54,571 nucleotides of DNA, filler included, from Stramenopiles sp. TOSAG23-3 (GCA_900128585.1; 4 parts of 4 records of this genome joined end to end with filler, not necessarily neighbours in it), one strand, 5' to 3'. Counted from the first letter of the whole stretch, positions 21,469-31,482 are shown. Notes: generated by a model not told the origin, from the letters alone. Made by a program: numbers and translations.

Positions 21469-23778
21469 ATGGCAAGCTTACCCAGTGCGGTGTCGGGTGC
21501 AAGGATAAAATCGGATTACGGCGAAGAGCTAAAAGATTTTGCGGAATGGTATTTTCAAATCTTTCCTACATTGGTTGCAAGTGGGGATGCGCGTCTATCA
21601 TTGTTTAAAAAAGCAAATCCACCACAGTATTTTGAATTTCAGGATAAAATAAAATACGTTGAACATATGGAAAGGGAAGTGGACAATAACGTCGTGTTCA
21701 CTTTCATTTTATATAAAAGAGATAATCATTTTTGGCCAAGAGGTCAGAAGGGCAAAGCGTTTTTTGACCATTTGAGGAGTGGTTTAAAACTCAGGCTGGA
21801 AGATATATCATCAAATGCTGCATATTATTCGCGTGCGGCAGAAATTAATATAAAAAATTTCTACGGAGGACTTGAAAAAAACTTGGCTGACAAAGCCAAA
21901 CTTGAAGGGTGGGAAAATAAGTCTTGTTCATCGGTGCCGTGGCTAATTTATGAGAAAATGTGTGCGGTTTTAATATTAAAAGATGTAGAGCATTGGCTCA
22001 TGTTTATTTTACAGTGGAATTTAATGAGTAGATCTATAGATATTGCTAAAATTAATATTAGTGCTTTATCCTTTTCAAAAGATATGCTTACACTGGAATT
22101 TTCACATGAAAAAACAGCGCGAAAAAAAAATGAAAAAGCTACCACAGTGCATATTGCATCAAATCCAAACAACCCGATTGTTTGCCCTGTGCTTGCCTTT
22201 GCCGTAAACTTCTGTTGCAGAAATATGGACTCATTACGCCTATTTGATGGTTCAAGTATACAACAACACTACGGTAATGCTGTAAAATGGGCTTTACAGC
22301 ACAGCATTGTACAAGAAGAATTAAAACATCTTGGGTTAACAGAGGCTAAAGTGGCTACCCATACATTAAGAAAATCAGCAGCTACTCATGCTGCTGGAGG
22401 TACTGATGGTACGCCCATGCACTTCACAATTCTTCTTCGCGGTGGCTGGTCTATTGGTAACGTACTTGATAGGTACTTTTCACTAGCAGAGAACGGTGAC
22501 AGGGTGTTAGCAAATCTACTAGCTGGTAGAGAATACTTTAGCAAAGAATTTGCTAGGTTAATACCGCATTTTAAAAGAGGAAGCAACATAAAATCAGAGG
22601 TTTTACGATCAATTTATTGTGGAAAGTATGTTGAGGAACACTTTGAGGAACTAGAAGGTGTTTTACATATATTTACAGCACAATTAGTTTATCACAATGC
22701 TACACTCAAAAAGATACTTGATAAAGAACACAAACTCTGCTACATTATGGACCGTAACTTATTGCATGCAAAATCATTTCAAGATGCTCTCGGTCCTGAA
22801 TTTGAAAGCAAAAACTCAACGTTTAAAGCAACTGGCCAAGGCGGCGCCGTAATTTATCACCGACTTGATGCTATCGAATCCTCAATACGTTCCATTGAAA
22901 ACTTTCTCATGAGGGGACAGTTTGGTGTCAATCCATCAAGAAATGAATGTAACCAATTGATGATTGAAATTGCCAAAATAAAAGAAACACAAGTTTCTAA
23001 TTTTCAAAATTTACAGCGGGACATACGAACAGCAATGAGCGCTGATACAACGAACGTAATACCCGTATCGCTAAATGTATTTGTACACCACACACAAAAC
23101 AAAAAAGTTTGGAAAGTTAGTAAGGATTACAATTTCCCTGCCAACTTTCAGGAACTGGCAACACAATACATTTTTAGTAACAAAAAAACTTGCCAAACGG
23201 CACTGCGAGAGTGCCTTCCCTCAAACGTTTACTACAACAATCCTGGCCTTTCCCCAGAAGAAAACGCACGGAGGAAAAAACAATTTTCACGCCACTACAG
23301 CAAGTGCATACTTGCAGTGCAAGTATTTCTCCAGTACGCTTCTTGTGAGTTTACAGCCAAATTTAATGATCTAACAAAATCGTTCTATTCTATTGATCCG
23401 TGGAGCCGGGGTGCAAAATGGAATGAGCTATTCTCTGTTGCATTTAAAAAATTCTCACAGGAAGTGTTGGCAACTAATTCAAGAAAAAGAAAATTAAACC
23501 AGTTGAATGGCAGAACAATCTACAATGCGATTTCAAAGAAGAGAGGTGCTTTAAAAAAAACTTTCATAAGTTCATTACGGGAACGATGTGCGTTGCCGCC
23601 TGCAAAGAAGTCAACGGCCATGCAGTGGTCATTCAAATTGCCTCAAATACGCCTTGCCGAAGAAGAAGACAATAAAATAATATCACCGATGATGATTGAT
23701 GATGATGACGGTGATGATCCAGCAGCAAGAACATCATCAGAGCATACAAGTGATAGTAATGAAATAATATTAATTTAA
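21469..23778 (+). CDS. Crypton-type (CryptonS-like) tyrosine recombinase, catalytic residues intact
   Basis: WNLMSR188, HEK215T, NPNNPIVCPVLAFA, TH298TLR301KSAAT and RGGW327SIGNVLDRY336 form the R-K-HxxR-W-Y set. The C-terminal WKVSKDYNFP region is similar to CryptonS-type proteins. Codon usage is AT-rich, unlike the neighbouring genes. Confidence 0.9.
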   Translation: MASLPSAVSGARIKSDYGEELKDFAEWYFQIFPTLVASGDARLSLFKKANPPQYFEFQDKIKYVEHMEREVDNNVVFTFILYKRDNHFWPRGQKGKAFFDHLRSGLKLRLEDISSNAAYYSRAAEINIKNFYGGLEKNLADKAKLEGWENKSCSSVPWLIYEKMCAVLILKDVEHWLMFILQWNLMSRSIDIAKINISALSFSKDMLTLEFSHEKTARKKNEKATTVHIASNPNNPIVCPVLAFAVNFCCRNMDSLRLFDGSSIQQHYGNAVKWALQHSIVQEELKHLGLTEAKVATHTLRKSAATHAAGGTDGTPMHFTILLRGGWSIGNVLDRYFSLAENGDRVLANLLAGREYFSKEFARLIPHFKRGSNIKSEVLRSIYCGKYVEEHFEELEGVLHIFTAQLVYHNATLKKILDKEHKLCYIMDRNLLHAKSFQDALGPEFESKNSTFKATGQGGAVIYHRLDAIESSIRSIENFLMRGQFGVNPSRNECNQLMIEIAKIKETQVSNFQNLQRDIRTAMSADTTNVIPVSLNVFVHHTQNKKVWKVSKDYNFPANFQELATQYIFSNKKTCQTALRECLPSNVYYNNPGLSPEENARRKKQFSRHYSKCILAVQVFLQYASCEFTAKFNDLTKSFYSIDPWSRGAKWNELFSVAFKKFSQEVLATNSRKRKLNQLNGRTIYNAISKKRGALKKTFISSLRERCALPPAKKSTAMQWSFKLPQIRLAEEEDNKIISPMMIDDDDGDDPAARTSSEHTSDSNEIILI

Positions 23779-23826
23779 ATATTCAAAAAAAAAAAAACAT
23801 CATCAGAGCATACAAGTGATACTAAT
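23730..23826 (+). repeat. 31-bp direct repeat of the recombinase ORF 3' end, separated by an A13 run
   Basis: aacatcatcagagcatacaagtgata(g/c)taat at 23730-23760 and 23796-23826. Confidence 0.9.
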
Positions 23827-24031
23827 TAATAATTAACTCTCCCCTCTTATTTATATGTTAAATTGATTATTTAAAAAAAAAATATTCATTCAAACAACTA
23901 CACTGTGTTGTTATTGCTTTTATAATAAATAGAACAGACGACTATTACCGTTTCCTGTAATCTCATTATAGGGATTGTTAGGGATTGTCGCTAATGGCGG
24001 AGAGATGCCGAAGTTGATGCTATGCCATGTA

Positions 24032-24081
24032 GGGTAGACAAGCTACCCCAATAAGACAAAAAAAGCTACCCTAATAGCGAG
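24032..24081 (-). repeat. Right-end inverted repeat of the recombinase element
   Basis: gggtag-acaag-ctacccc palindrome, gctaccccaata at 24042-53 and gctaccctaatagcgag at 24065-81. Confidence 0.9.
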
Positions 24082-24355
24082 GGAAAGCACAGTATTATTA
24101 CAGGTAGTATTTTATTATTTTTATGTGATGAGAAAAAAATGTGATCATATATCATGTATATTTTGTATATGACCAAAATGTATATAAAAGTCATATAACG
24201 ACATGAACGGTACAGATATGAAATTTGTTGTTAAAAGCGTTCTAGTTACCCCTCTCTTTTATTTTAAATAAATTCTAAAAAGTATAGTGCGTGCTAGGAA
24301 GGATTGCGGCAAGGTGTTTTTTATTTGATCGTTTTATGCACGTATTGTTTGGATA

Positions 24356-25164
24356 ATGGCAGCGCCGGAAACTTCGATGGACCCACCGTTGCCTCCTGGT
24401 GATGACTTGGCGTCTTCTATTTCGCACGTTTTCAACCTTATTGATTCGGACAGGAGTGGAACCTTGGAGAAAAAGGAGCTTTTAAAAGCCCTCGTGTTTG
24501 ACCCAGACGTCTCAATGGCCTTGACGAAATACCCGACGATACATGTGCTGGGAAAACCACGGCACTTTAAAGACGCGTTGGTCAAGATGGACACGGAAAA
24601 GAACGGGCACATAACGCTGCGAGAATTTACCGTATTCACAAAAGGAATCACGATGAGTGAAAACGAAAAGAAACTACGGGCGGTGTTTAAAATGGTCGAC
24701 AAACATAGCCATGGAAAAGTTGACAAAAAGGAGGTCTTGAAATCCCTCTCCCTGAACTTTTTTGTCATGGATATTTTGGAAGGGATCGAAGAGTTAAAAC
24801 ACTTGCTTGATCCCCATCACTACGAAGAGTCGTTTCATGAAATGGATGTTGAACACCATGGTTACGTGACCGAGGACGAATTCGTCCAATTTGCAAGAAA
24901 CCATCACGTCGCAATGAAAGAAAAAGAAGACGCTGCCGCATTGGCAAAGCTGGTAGAAGACGAAGAGAAGAAGAGGTTGGCGGAGAAGAAGGCCGCCATT
25001 TCGGACGAGACGGAAGCCGCGCTGCCGCTGCAAGAGGAGGAAGCGCCCAGACAAAAAGAGATCGCTCCCAAGACAGAAGAAGAGGTCGCCCCCAAGACAG
25101 AAGAAGAGGTCGCTCCCAAGACAGAAGAAGAGATCGCCCCCAAGACAGAAGAAGAGGTCGCTCC
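24356..25164 (+). CDS. Four-EF-hand calcium-binding protein with an acidic repeat tail; 3'-truncated by a gap
   Basis: EF loops DSDRSGTLEKKE, DTEKNGHITLREF, DKHSHGKVDKKE and DVEHHGYVTEDEF. Confidence 0.85.
25057..25164 (+). repeat. Coding 24-bp minisatellite (E[I/V]APKTEE)n, at least 4.5 units, running into the gap
   Basis: agag(a/g)tcgc(t/c)cccaagacagaaga repeated in tandem. Confidence 0.95.
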
Positions 25165-25264
25165 NNNNNNNNNNNNNNNNNNNNNNNNNNNNNNNNNNNN
25201 NNNNNNNNTTAATTAATTAANNNNNNNNNNNNNNNNNNNNNNNNNNNNNNNNNNNNNNNNNNNN
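25165..25264. other. Assembly gap with artificial TTAATTAATTAA linker (also at 50285-50384 and 52429-52528)
   Basis: An identical N44-TTAATTAATTAA-N44 structure occurs three times; the 12-mer has stops in all six frames. Confidence 0.95.
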
Positions 25265-25266
25265 AG

Positions 25267-28200
25267 ACGGGGGCGACGGGGGTCAAGGAAGCAAAGAAGG
25301 AAGAGGAGATGCTCGCGTGCGGGGATTGCTCGTGCGACGACGGCGCCTCTGCTCAGTTCGAAACCATCAAAGGGATGAACAGCTGCTTCTGTTCGCATAA
25401 TTTTTTTGTTACACGCCGTAGAAAATGCTGGGGGCCAGTTCCCGAGCAAGTAGATGCCCTGGCCTGCAGCCAGTGCAACTGCCCGGCCGACGAGTTTCCC
25501 GTAGGCCAAGTGCACGTTCAGAAACGGTTCGGTGGGAAGGGAAACACTTGCACCTGTGCAGGGCGATCCGGCGTCTCCCGGCCGAGGGTGTGCTCTGGTG
25601 CATTGGAAGCGGAAGAGAGCCTGGTCAAGTGCTTCCATGCGAAGTGTGGGACGAGCGAGGAGCAGCTGGGTTACCAAATCATGGGCGGCAATGGGGTCAC
25701 GAAATTCTACTGCACGAAGACGGTCTCCACGGCCGGATCTTCGAAAACGAGAGAGGTTGTAACGAAGAAGCCCCAGCGGTGCACGGGGTACGTCAACGCC
25801 AAAAAGCTGTGCACGTCATGCAAGTGCAAGGCCAACGGTGCAAGCCCGTCGCTGGTCTTCGAGCGCATGCACGGAGACAACAACGTGTGCTACTGCAAAG
25901 GGGAGGAACGGACCACCGTCCCCGAACCGTGCGCCGGGCCGCTGCCGAGAGACACCGACCTGGACGGGGAGAAACCCACCTCCTCGGTGTACCGCCACTG
26001 GCAGGCCCACACGAATTTGCACGGGGCAACCTCTACGGAGCGGTTAAAGGAGGCACTGGGCGTTCTCCTGGCGAACAACGCAACGTTTCAAGAGATGGAA
26101 AACGTCATTGGCGGACTCTCGTCCCAAGTCAAGGTGGACAAGAACTCGGCCGATCTCATCCATTCCATGGATGCCCGGGGTTGCGCCCATTCGATCGGGG
26201 AATACTCGCAGGAAGTAAGCTCTGCCCTCAGTAGCCGGAACCAGTACAAGCAACAAGTGCAAGACCGCGAGAAGGACCTCGACCAAGCGAACAAACGAAT
26301 GAGCGCCTGGGCCAAGGAAAACAAGTACGCGAAGGACACCCTGAAAGACTTGAACACGCGAGCCGCAACCCTGAAGTCTTTGGAAGCCGTGGAGAAAGCA
26401 ACTGCCGATGCGCACGTTGGGTTGAAACGTGCGTTGGGAAACACCATGGCTATCCTGGACGATGGCCTTCAAAAGGCATTGCTCAAGAGCGACCCGGAGT
26501 ACAAAGAAGACGACGAGAACTCCGAAAGTGCCCAGTTGAAGCGATCCATTGGCGAAAACAACATCACGAAGCAGGTAGAGGAGGCAGACGACTCCGCTGC
26601 AGTGCCCGCCTCCCTTTTGGAGGAAGACAGCGACCTGCTGACTTCCAATGCCCCAAAAAGCTACCAGATGCACAAGCTTCCCCAGCACCAGTTTGATGAA
26701 TGGCACAAAACGATTGTTGCCCACAATAACTTGAATGCAATTTCAAACGAAATTGACGGCGTTGTTCGAACAAAAGCAGTGGATGTGTCCAAGGCGATAA
26801 ACGCACCGCTCTTGAAAAGCGAGTACAAGGACATGGGCAAAGGCCTGTCTGAAGAGGCAAAGGAAGTCAAGAAGAGGTACTCTGTCTCGTCCCAAACTGC
26901 GGAATACGACCGTTTGAGGACCCGCAAAACCCAGGCCAAGGCCGCCCTTGCGTCCGCGCAACAACGGCTGGCAGACGCGGAAAGCCTGCTGAGCAACATT
27001 CGTGAATTTAGCGGCAGCGTCACTCGCAGTTGCGAGCGCAAGAGCAACCGGTACAACCGGGAAAACAAGGAGCGCGTCCGAACCATTCGTATTGCCACCG
27101 ATCTGTTGGTTGCGATCGAGGCGGCCGCCAACGGGGCGTCCTTCCCGGACGAGCTCATGCACATCGAGCGAGAACTGGAGAACTACGAGAAGCCACTGGG
27201 GAAGTATGTCCCAATTGGCATTCGTGTTGGTACCCAAGCGCCATTAAAGGCGGGCAAAGAATGCGCGTACTACGTGAAAGCCGGGGATAGCACGGCATCG
27301 ATTGCACAAAAGTTCACGGTTGGCGAGGCTGCTCTCAGAAAAGCCAACCCATCGATAGAACACTTATACTATGATCGGAACCTGAAGGTGATTTACCCCC
27401 CGAAAGGCACACGCTTGACAGTACCGCGCAATATGTTGACCAAGAAAGCTGTGGCAGAATTTTGTAAAATTGAGCGTCCCACGGAAGCAGCCGCTGTACC
27501 GGATACTACGGAAAAGAGCGAGATGGCTGCCTGGTGCCAGGCACACGTCGATGCGCACGACAAACGGTCGTGCGGGCACCATGGTATTTGCATGGAGAAA
27601 ACGAATGGTATGTGCAAATGTAACCCTGGATGGGGTGGACCCATGTGCAAAACCAAGCTTTGCCACGACGAGTGCGAAAAACATGGTATGTGCACGAAAA
27701 GCGGGCGATGCTTGTGTGCACTAGGCTGGCAAGGGCTTGCTTGCCATGTCAAGGACTTGGCGACAAACGTTGAGCGTGACCCAAGTGATTTCAACGGATT
27801 GTTGAAGGAACAGGTGAAGACCGTTAAAAAGTGGGACATGACCCATCGCATTGAGCAACGCAGCAAGCGCATGGAAATGATCATCCGCAAGAAGGCGGCC
27901 ATTGCCAACAAAAAAGGCGATATCGTTCGCGTCAAGGAGGAAGCCGCCAAATCTGACAAGAAAGTGGCAACTGCTGAAAAGCGCCCTCTGCCGCAGATTC
28001 CCCAGCGCCGCCCTCCCTCGAAGGAGCACGACAATGTTGATAGTATTGTCAGGGCTCAAGACGCAATGGGGGTTGTGAAAGCGGCGATGCATGAGGTGCA
28101 CTCGTCGACGATCGCAGGGAACGTGTCCGACGCTGAAGACCAACTGTCACAAGCGGAGAATGCATACAATGTACTGCGCCAACTGAGCACGGGCACCGCC

Positions 28201-31200
28201 CCGTTGGATAACAAGACCATCGCAATCATTGGCAACATGAAGAACAAAAGCCAAATCCACTTGATGACGGCTAGAAACGACCTAGAGTGGGCCCAAAAGC
28301 AGTGCCTGAACGACTGTTTTGCTCCGAAGAAGGGAGAGTGCAATTATACAACTGGTAAGTGCACTTGCAAGCTGGGATTCGGTGGGGAGGATTGCTCCGT
28401 CGTCGTCGACTTGCGCACCGATGGTGACAAGTTGTGGGACAGCGCCAATAAAACCCAGTGGGACATCGAAAAGCTTAACGCTCATCTTCGGGAACTTGCA
28501 GTAGAGAAAAATCGCTCCGAAATAATACTTGCGAATGTAACCGCGGTATGGGACCTGCTCCAGGAGCGAAATATTTCAAAGCTTAAGAAAGTGTACAATG
28601 ATAGCAAGAAAGCGTACGACCATTTGGTCGATCTGCTTGAAACAAGAACATTGCGACTTCGTCGTTTCGAACAAAAAGAGTGGCCGGAACAAAAGCGTTC
28701 CGCAAAAGAGAACATACGTCGCATGATCCAAAGTTTGAAGAAACGGAAAGTAGGAGAGGAGAAATTGAAGAAAACTCGTGTGATCGAAATCCTTCGTTTG
28801 AGGAAAATGTTTGAAGCCAAAGGGCACCTGGTCCCAGACATTCTAGGATGGGAGGCTTTTGCTGCAGACAAACGCGCCGGCGCGAAAACACAGTACTACA
28901 ACACTATCACGGAGGAAAATACATACGAAAAGCCCAAGCAAATGGGCTACAGATGGAAAGACTACGAAGTTTACATCAACCATTTTGTGAAGAAGGAGGA
29001 GCCAGCGCTTCTTGAGCTCCCCAAGCAGCAGGCTAAACTAGTCCGCGATCCCGAGTCAATCCCGGTCGACGTTTTCAACGCTCCTGGACTTCTTGAGGCG
29101 AAATCCAAGTACAATAAAATTGTAGCTTCTGGGGAGGAATTAATAGCGAAAATGAAAAACGACGTCGCTGAAGCAACAAAGCTGATGACGATTGCCAAAG
29201 CAAAGATGGAAGCCGCCAAAGACGTGTTGACCCAAAGTGTAAGTGATGGCATGGAGGACATGAAGAAGGCCCAAAATATAGTCGATTCTGTTGTTGCTAA
29301 AATCCAGAAGACAACCCAAGCCCGGAATTACTTGGAAAAGATTGTTTTGCACGCACAGATGGAGAAAGCCCACGAGTACAGTAGGGGTGTGGTTGAGGCA
29401 ACTTCCAAGTTTGGGCGCAACGCGGATGCGCCACTTTCTGGCAAACTGCGCCAAGTCGAGGAGGAGAATGTAGACTTGCAGAAGAACGTAGACGAGTTGA
29501 GAGAGGAATACGCAAAAATTGGTGCTAAAAAGGCCGACCTAGAAAGGGTAGGAAAGGCCTTGGCATCCTCCGAAGTACGCAGGATGTCCGAGATTGAATC
29601 GGAAGTTAAATCGGCTGAAGGGTTGCTTGCGGCGAACTCGATGAAAATGGTAAAACTTCGCGACACGTTGAAAAAGTTAGCCCTTGCCCACATCGAATCC
29701 ACCAAAGAACGATTTAATCACACTTCGTTCTCAATTCCGAGGATTCAACGGTGGACAGCTTCGTTTAGTTTTCAACGCGCCGAAGATGCGTACAAAGAAG
29801 CGCTAGAAGAAATGTCCTCCTGCTCCGAACGACTCGAGATTTTGTCTGCCAGGTTAATACGAGCTGCAAAAACAGGTTTGTCCAAGGCCGCGATCGCCGA
29901 AGCGAAACGTCAACAAGAAGCAGCAGATGTCATGTTGGCAGCGAGCCAAAAGAAGACCGATGGAGCCTTGATGCGTTTGCATGCGGCCATGGAGCATGCC
30001 AAAGCACACGGCTTCAAGGAACCGTTACCCCTGGTTATTTACCCCTGGATGAAACCAACGCAGGAAGCGATCGCCGAAAGCAACCCATCTGTAGGAAGAT
30101 CTAAAATGATTGAGCGGGCTGTGGAGGAGATGAAAAAGCGCGTCGAAAGGGAGGACCTTGAACTAACTCGCAGAAAGGAGCAGGAACGGGACATGAAATC
30201 GTATATGGCCGCTTTGGCGGAGCAGATGGCGGCGATGAAGAAAAAACTTCAAGACGCCCGCAATTCTGGTAACAAGCAAGTCATGGCTGCGATAATGAAA
30301 CGGCAGGAGGAAGCCGAAAAGAAGAAGCTAGATATGCATAAAGATCTCGTTAGGCAACAAAAGGCGAACGAAGCCGCGGAAAAGAAGAGGCGCAGGGAAC
30401 TAGCGAATTTAGAGACATCGCTTCGAGAAGAAGAGGGGACGAAACGTAGAGATGCCGAGGAGTCGAAGAAAGCTGCAAAGCGCGCCAAGGTGAAAAAGAT
30501 GTTGGGCATTACTGGTGCGGCAAGCTCGACTGGTGCTACTGGCGCGGCAAGCTCGACTGGCGCTACCGGAGCTGTAGGCTCCCGTGTCAACGATTTGATA
30601 GAAGGTCTTGTAGGGTCGTCATCAACAGGAATAACGGGACTAGAAGACGAAACGGGGGCAACTGGCGCAACGGGAAGCCACGCTTCTGGTTCCACTGGGT
30701 CTAGTTTGAGATCCACTGGTGCCACTGGCAGCGCCGCCACTGGCCCTGAAGAGAGTCTTGCTGGAATTACTGGCGCAACCGGGGTATCAGATACAAAGCT
30801 TGAAGATATGACCGGAATTAGCCTGCCCAGACTATCTACGGGGGCAACCGGAGAAACTGGTGTTGCCCAGAAGGTCATCGATGAAGAAGCGAACGCGGAA
30901 AATGACGCAGAGAGGTTAGGCGCCGAGACGGGCCCAACGGGGGCTAATATGAAGGCCCAGACGCTTCAAGACGCACAGATGGCTCTCACCGAAGCTATGG
31001 ACGTGTTGCGCGCGAAAAAGAAAGCCTTGGCTGCGGCCAGGCTTGTCGGCGGTAACGTTGCTAACTTAGAAGATGAAGTGTCAGCTGCAGTAGATGCGGT
31101 GGGGAAAGCCCAAGCTGATTTGGACGAAGCGCGTGCAAATTCTGGAAAAAAAGCAGCAACAATGATAGTAGGAGACAAGAGAGGGGAGACCGGAGATGAT

Positions 31201-31482
31201 GGCGCCACTGGTGAAACTGGTGTTGAAGATGATGGTTCTGCGGAGCAATACCTGAAGTCGGCATCCGGCGCTACCATGGCCATTAGCGGTGCGACGGGCG
31301 AAGAAGAGGACGGTGATGACTCGTTTAGCAACGCAGTTACTGCGGCCAGTGGTACCGTAGGCGCGGAAAAGCCGAAAGGTACTGGAAGCACAGGCGCTAC
31401 TGGAGCGACTGGTATGCCAGTAGGAATTGCCTCAACCGCTGGAGCAACTGCTCTAGAGCTTCAAGAAGAAAGTGAATTTTAG
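25267..31482 (+). CDS. Giant (>2070 aa) probably extracellular protein with Cys-rich repeats, coiled coils, LysM, three EGF-like domains and TGATG repeats; 5'-truncated by a gap
   Basis: The frame is open back to the gap (TGATGVKEAKKEEEM). LysM: YYVKAGDSTASIAQKF...LRKANP...GTRLTVP. EGF: CGHHGIC...CKCNPGWGGPMC, CEKHGMC...CLCALGWQGLAC and CLNDC...CTCKLGFGGEDC. Confidence 0.85.
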   Translation, partial: TGATGVKEAKKEEEMLACGDCSCDDGASAQFETIKGMNSCFCSHNFFVTRRRKCWGPVPEQVDALACSQCNCPADEFPVGQVHVQKRFGGKGNTCTCAGRSGVSRPRVCSGALEAEESLVKCFHAKCGTSEEQLGYQIMGGNGVTKFYCTKTVSTAGSSKTREVVTKKPQRCTGYVNAKKLCTSCKCKANGASPSLVFERMHGDNNVCYCKGEERTTVPEPCAGPLPRDTDLDGEKPTSSVYRHWQAHTNLHGATSTERLKEALGVLLANNATFQEMENVIGGLSSQVKVDKNSADLIHSMDARGCAHSIGEYSQEVSSALSSRNQYKQQVQDREKDLDQANKRMSAWAKENKYAKDTLKDLNTRAATLKSLEAVEKATADAHVGLKRALGNTMAILDDGLQKALLKSDPEYKEDDENSESAQLKRSIGENNITKQVEEADDSAAVPASLLEEDSDLLTSNAPKSYQMHKLPQHQFDEWHKTIVAHNNLNAISNEIDGVVRTKAVDVSKAINAPLLKSEYKDMGKGLSEEAKEVKKRYSVSSQTAEYDRLRTRKTQAKAALASAQQRLADAESLLSNIREFSGSVTRSCERKSNRYNRENKERVRTIRIATDLLVAIEAAANGASFPDELMHIERELENYEKPLGKYVPIGIRVGTQAPLKAGKECAYYVKAGDSTASIAQKFTVGEAALRKANPSIEHLYYDRNLKVIYPPKGTRLTVPRNMLTKKAVAEFCKIERPTEAAAVPDTTEKSEMAAWCQAHVDAHDKRSCGHHGICMEKTNGMCKCNPGWGGPMCKTKLCHDECEKHGMCTKSGRCLCALGWQGLACHVKDLATNVERDPSDFNGLLKEQVKTVKKWDMTHRIEQRSKRMEMIIRKKAAIANKKGDIVRVKEEAAKSDKKVATAEKRPLPQIPQRRPPSKEHDNVDSIVRAQDAMGVVKAAMHEVHSSTIAGNVSDAEDQLSQAENAYNVLRQLSTGTAPLDNKTIAIIGNMKNKSQIHLMTARNDLEWAQKQCLNDCFAPKKGECNYTTGKCTCKLGFGGEDCSVVVDLRTDGDKLWDSANKTQWDIEKLNAHLRELAVEKNRSEIILANVTAVWDLLQERNISKLKKVYNDSKKAYDHLVDLLETRTLRLRRFEQKEWPEQKRSAKENIRRMIQSLKKRKVGEEKLKKTRVIEILRLRKMFEAKGHLVPDILGWEAFAADKRAGAKTQYYNTITEENTYEKPKQMGYRWKDYEVYINHFVKKEEPALLELPKQQAKLVRDPESIPVDVFNAPGLLEAKSKYNKIVASGEELIAKMKNDVAEATKLMTIAKAKMEAAKDVLTQSVSDGMEDMKKAQNIVDSVVAKIQKTTQARNYLEKIVLHAQMEKAHEYSRGVVEATSKFGRNADAPLSGKLRQVEEENVDLQKNVDELREEYAKIGAKKADLERVGKALASSEVRRMSEIESEVKSAEGLLAANSMKMVKLRDTLKKLALAHIESTKERFNHTSFSIPRIQRWTASFSFQRAEDAYKEALEEMSSCSERLEILSARLIRAAKTGLSKAAIAEAKRQQEAADVMLAASQKKTDGALMRLHAAMEHAKAHGFKEPLPLVIYPWMKPTQEAIAESNPSVGRSKMIERAVEEMKKRVEREDLELTRRKEQERDMKSYMAALAEQMAAMKKKLQDARNSGNKQVMAAIMKRQEEAEKKKLDMHKDLVRQQKANEAAEKKRRRELANLETSLREEEGTKRRDAEESKKAAKRAKVKKMLGITGAASSTGATGAASSTGATGAVGSRVNDLIEGLVGSSSTGITGLEDETGATGATGSHASGSTGSSLRSTGATGSAATGPEESLAGITGATGVSDTKLEDMTGISLPRLSTGATGETGVAQKVIDEEANAENDAERLGAETGPTGANMKAQTLQDAQMALTEAMDVLRAKKKALAAARLVGGNVANLEDEVSAAVDAVGKAQADLDEARANSGKKAATMIVGDKRGETGDDGATGETGVEDDGSAEQYLKSASGATMAISGATGEEEDGDDSFSNAVTAASGTVGAEKPKGTGSTGATGATGMPVGIASTAGATALELQEESEF

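Larger units (their letters stand above)
20517..24091 (+). mobile_element. Crypton-like tyrosine-recombinase DNA transposon with imperfect terminal inverted repeats and 6-bp terminal direct repeats
   Basis: Left 20529 ctcgctattggggtagc-ttttgggg-cttattggggtagc-cgag-ctaccc versus reverse complement of right 24081-24032 ctcgctattagggtagc-tttttttgt-cttattggggtagc-ttgt-ctaccc. Outer accaca (20517-22) and agcaca (24086-91). Encloses a single AT-rich recombinase ORF. Confidence 0.8.

Noticed and set aside
25209-25220. TTAATTAATTAA palindrome inside N-runs (also 50329-50340 and 52473-52484)
   Set aside because: An identical six-frame-stop linker centred in 100-bp gaps; an assembly artefact, not biology.
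24356-31482. EF-hand ORF and giant LysM/EGF ORF as one fused gene
   Set aside because: They are separated by a gap of unknown true size, so continuity cannot be shown.
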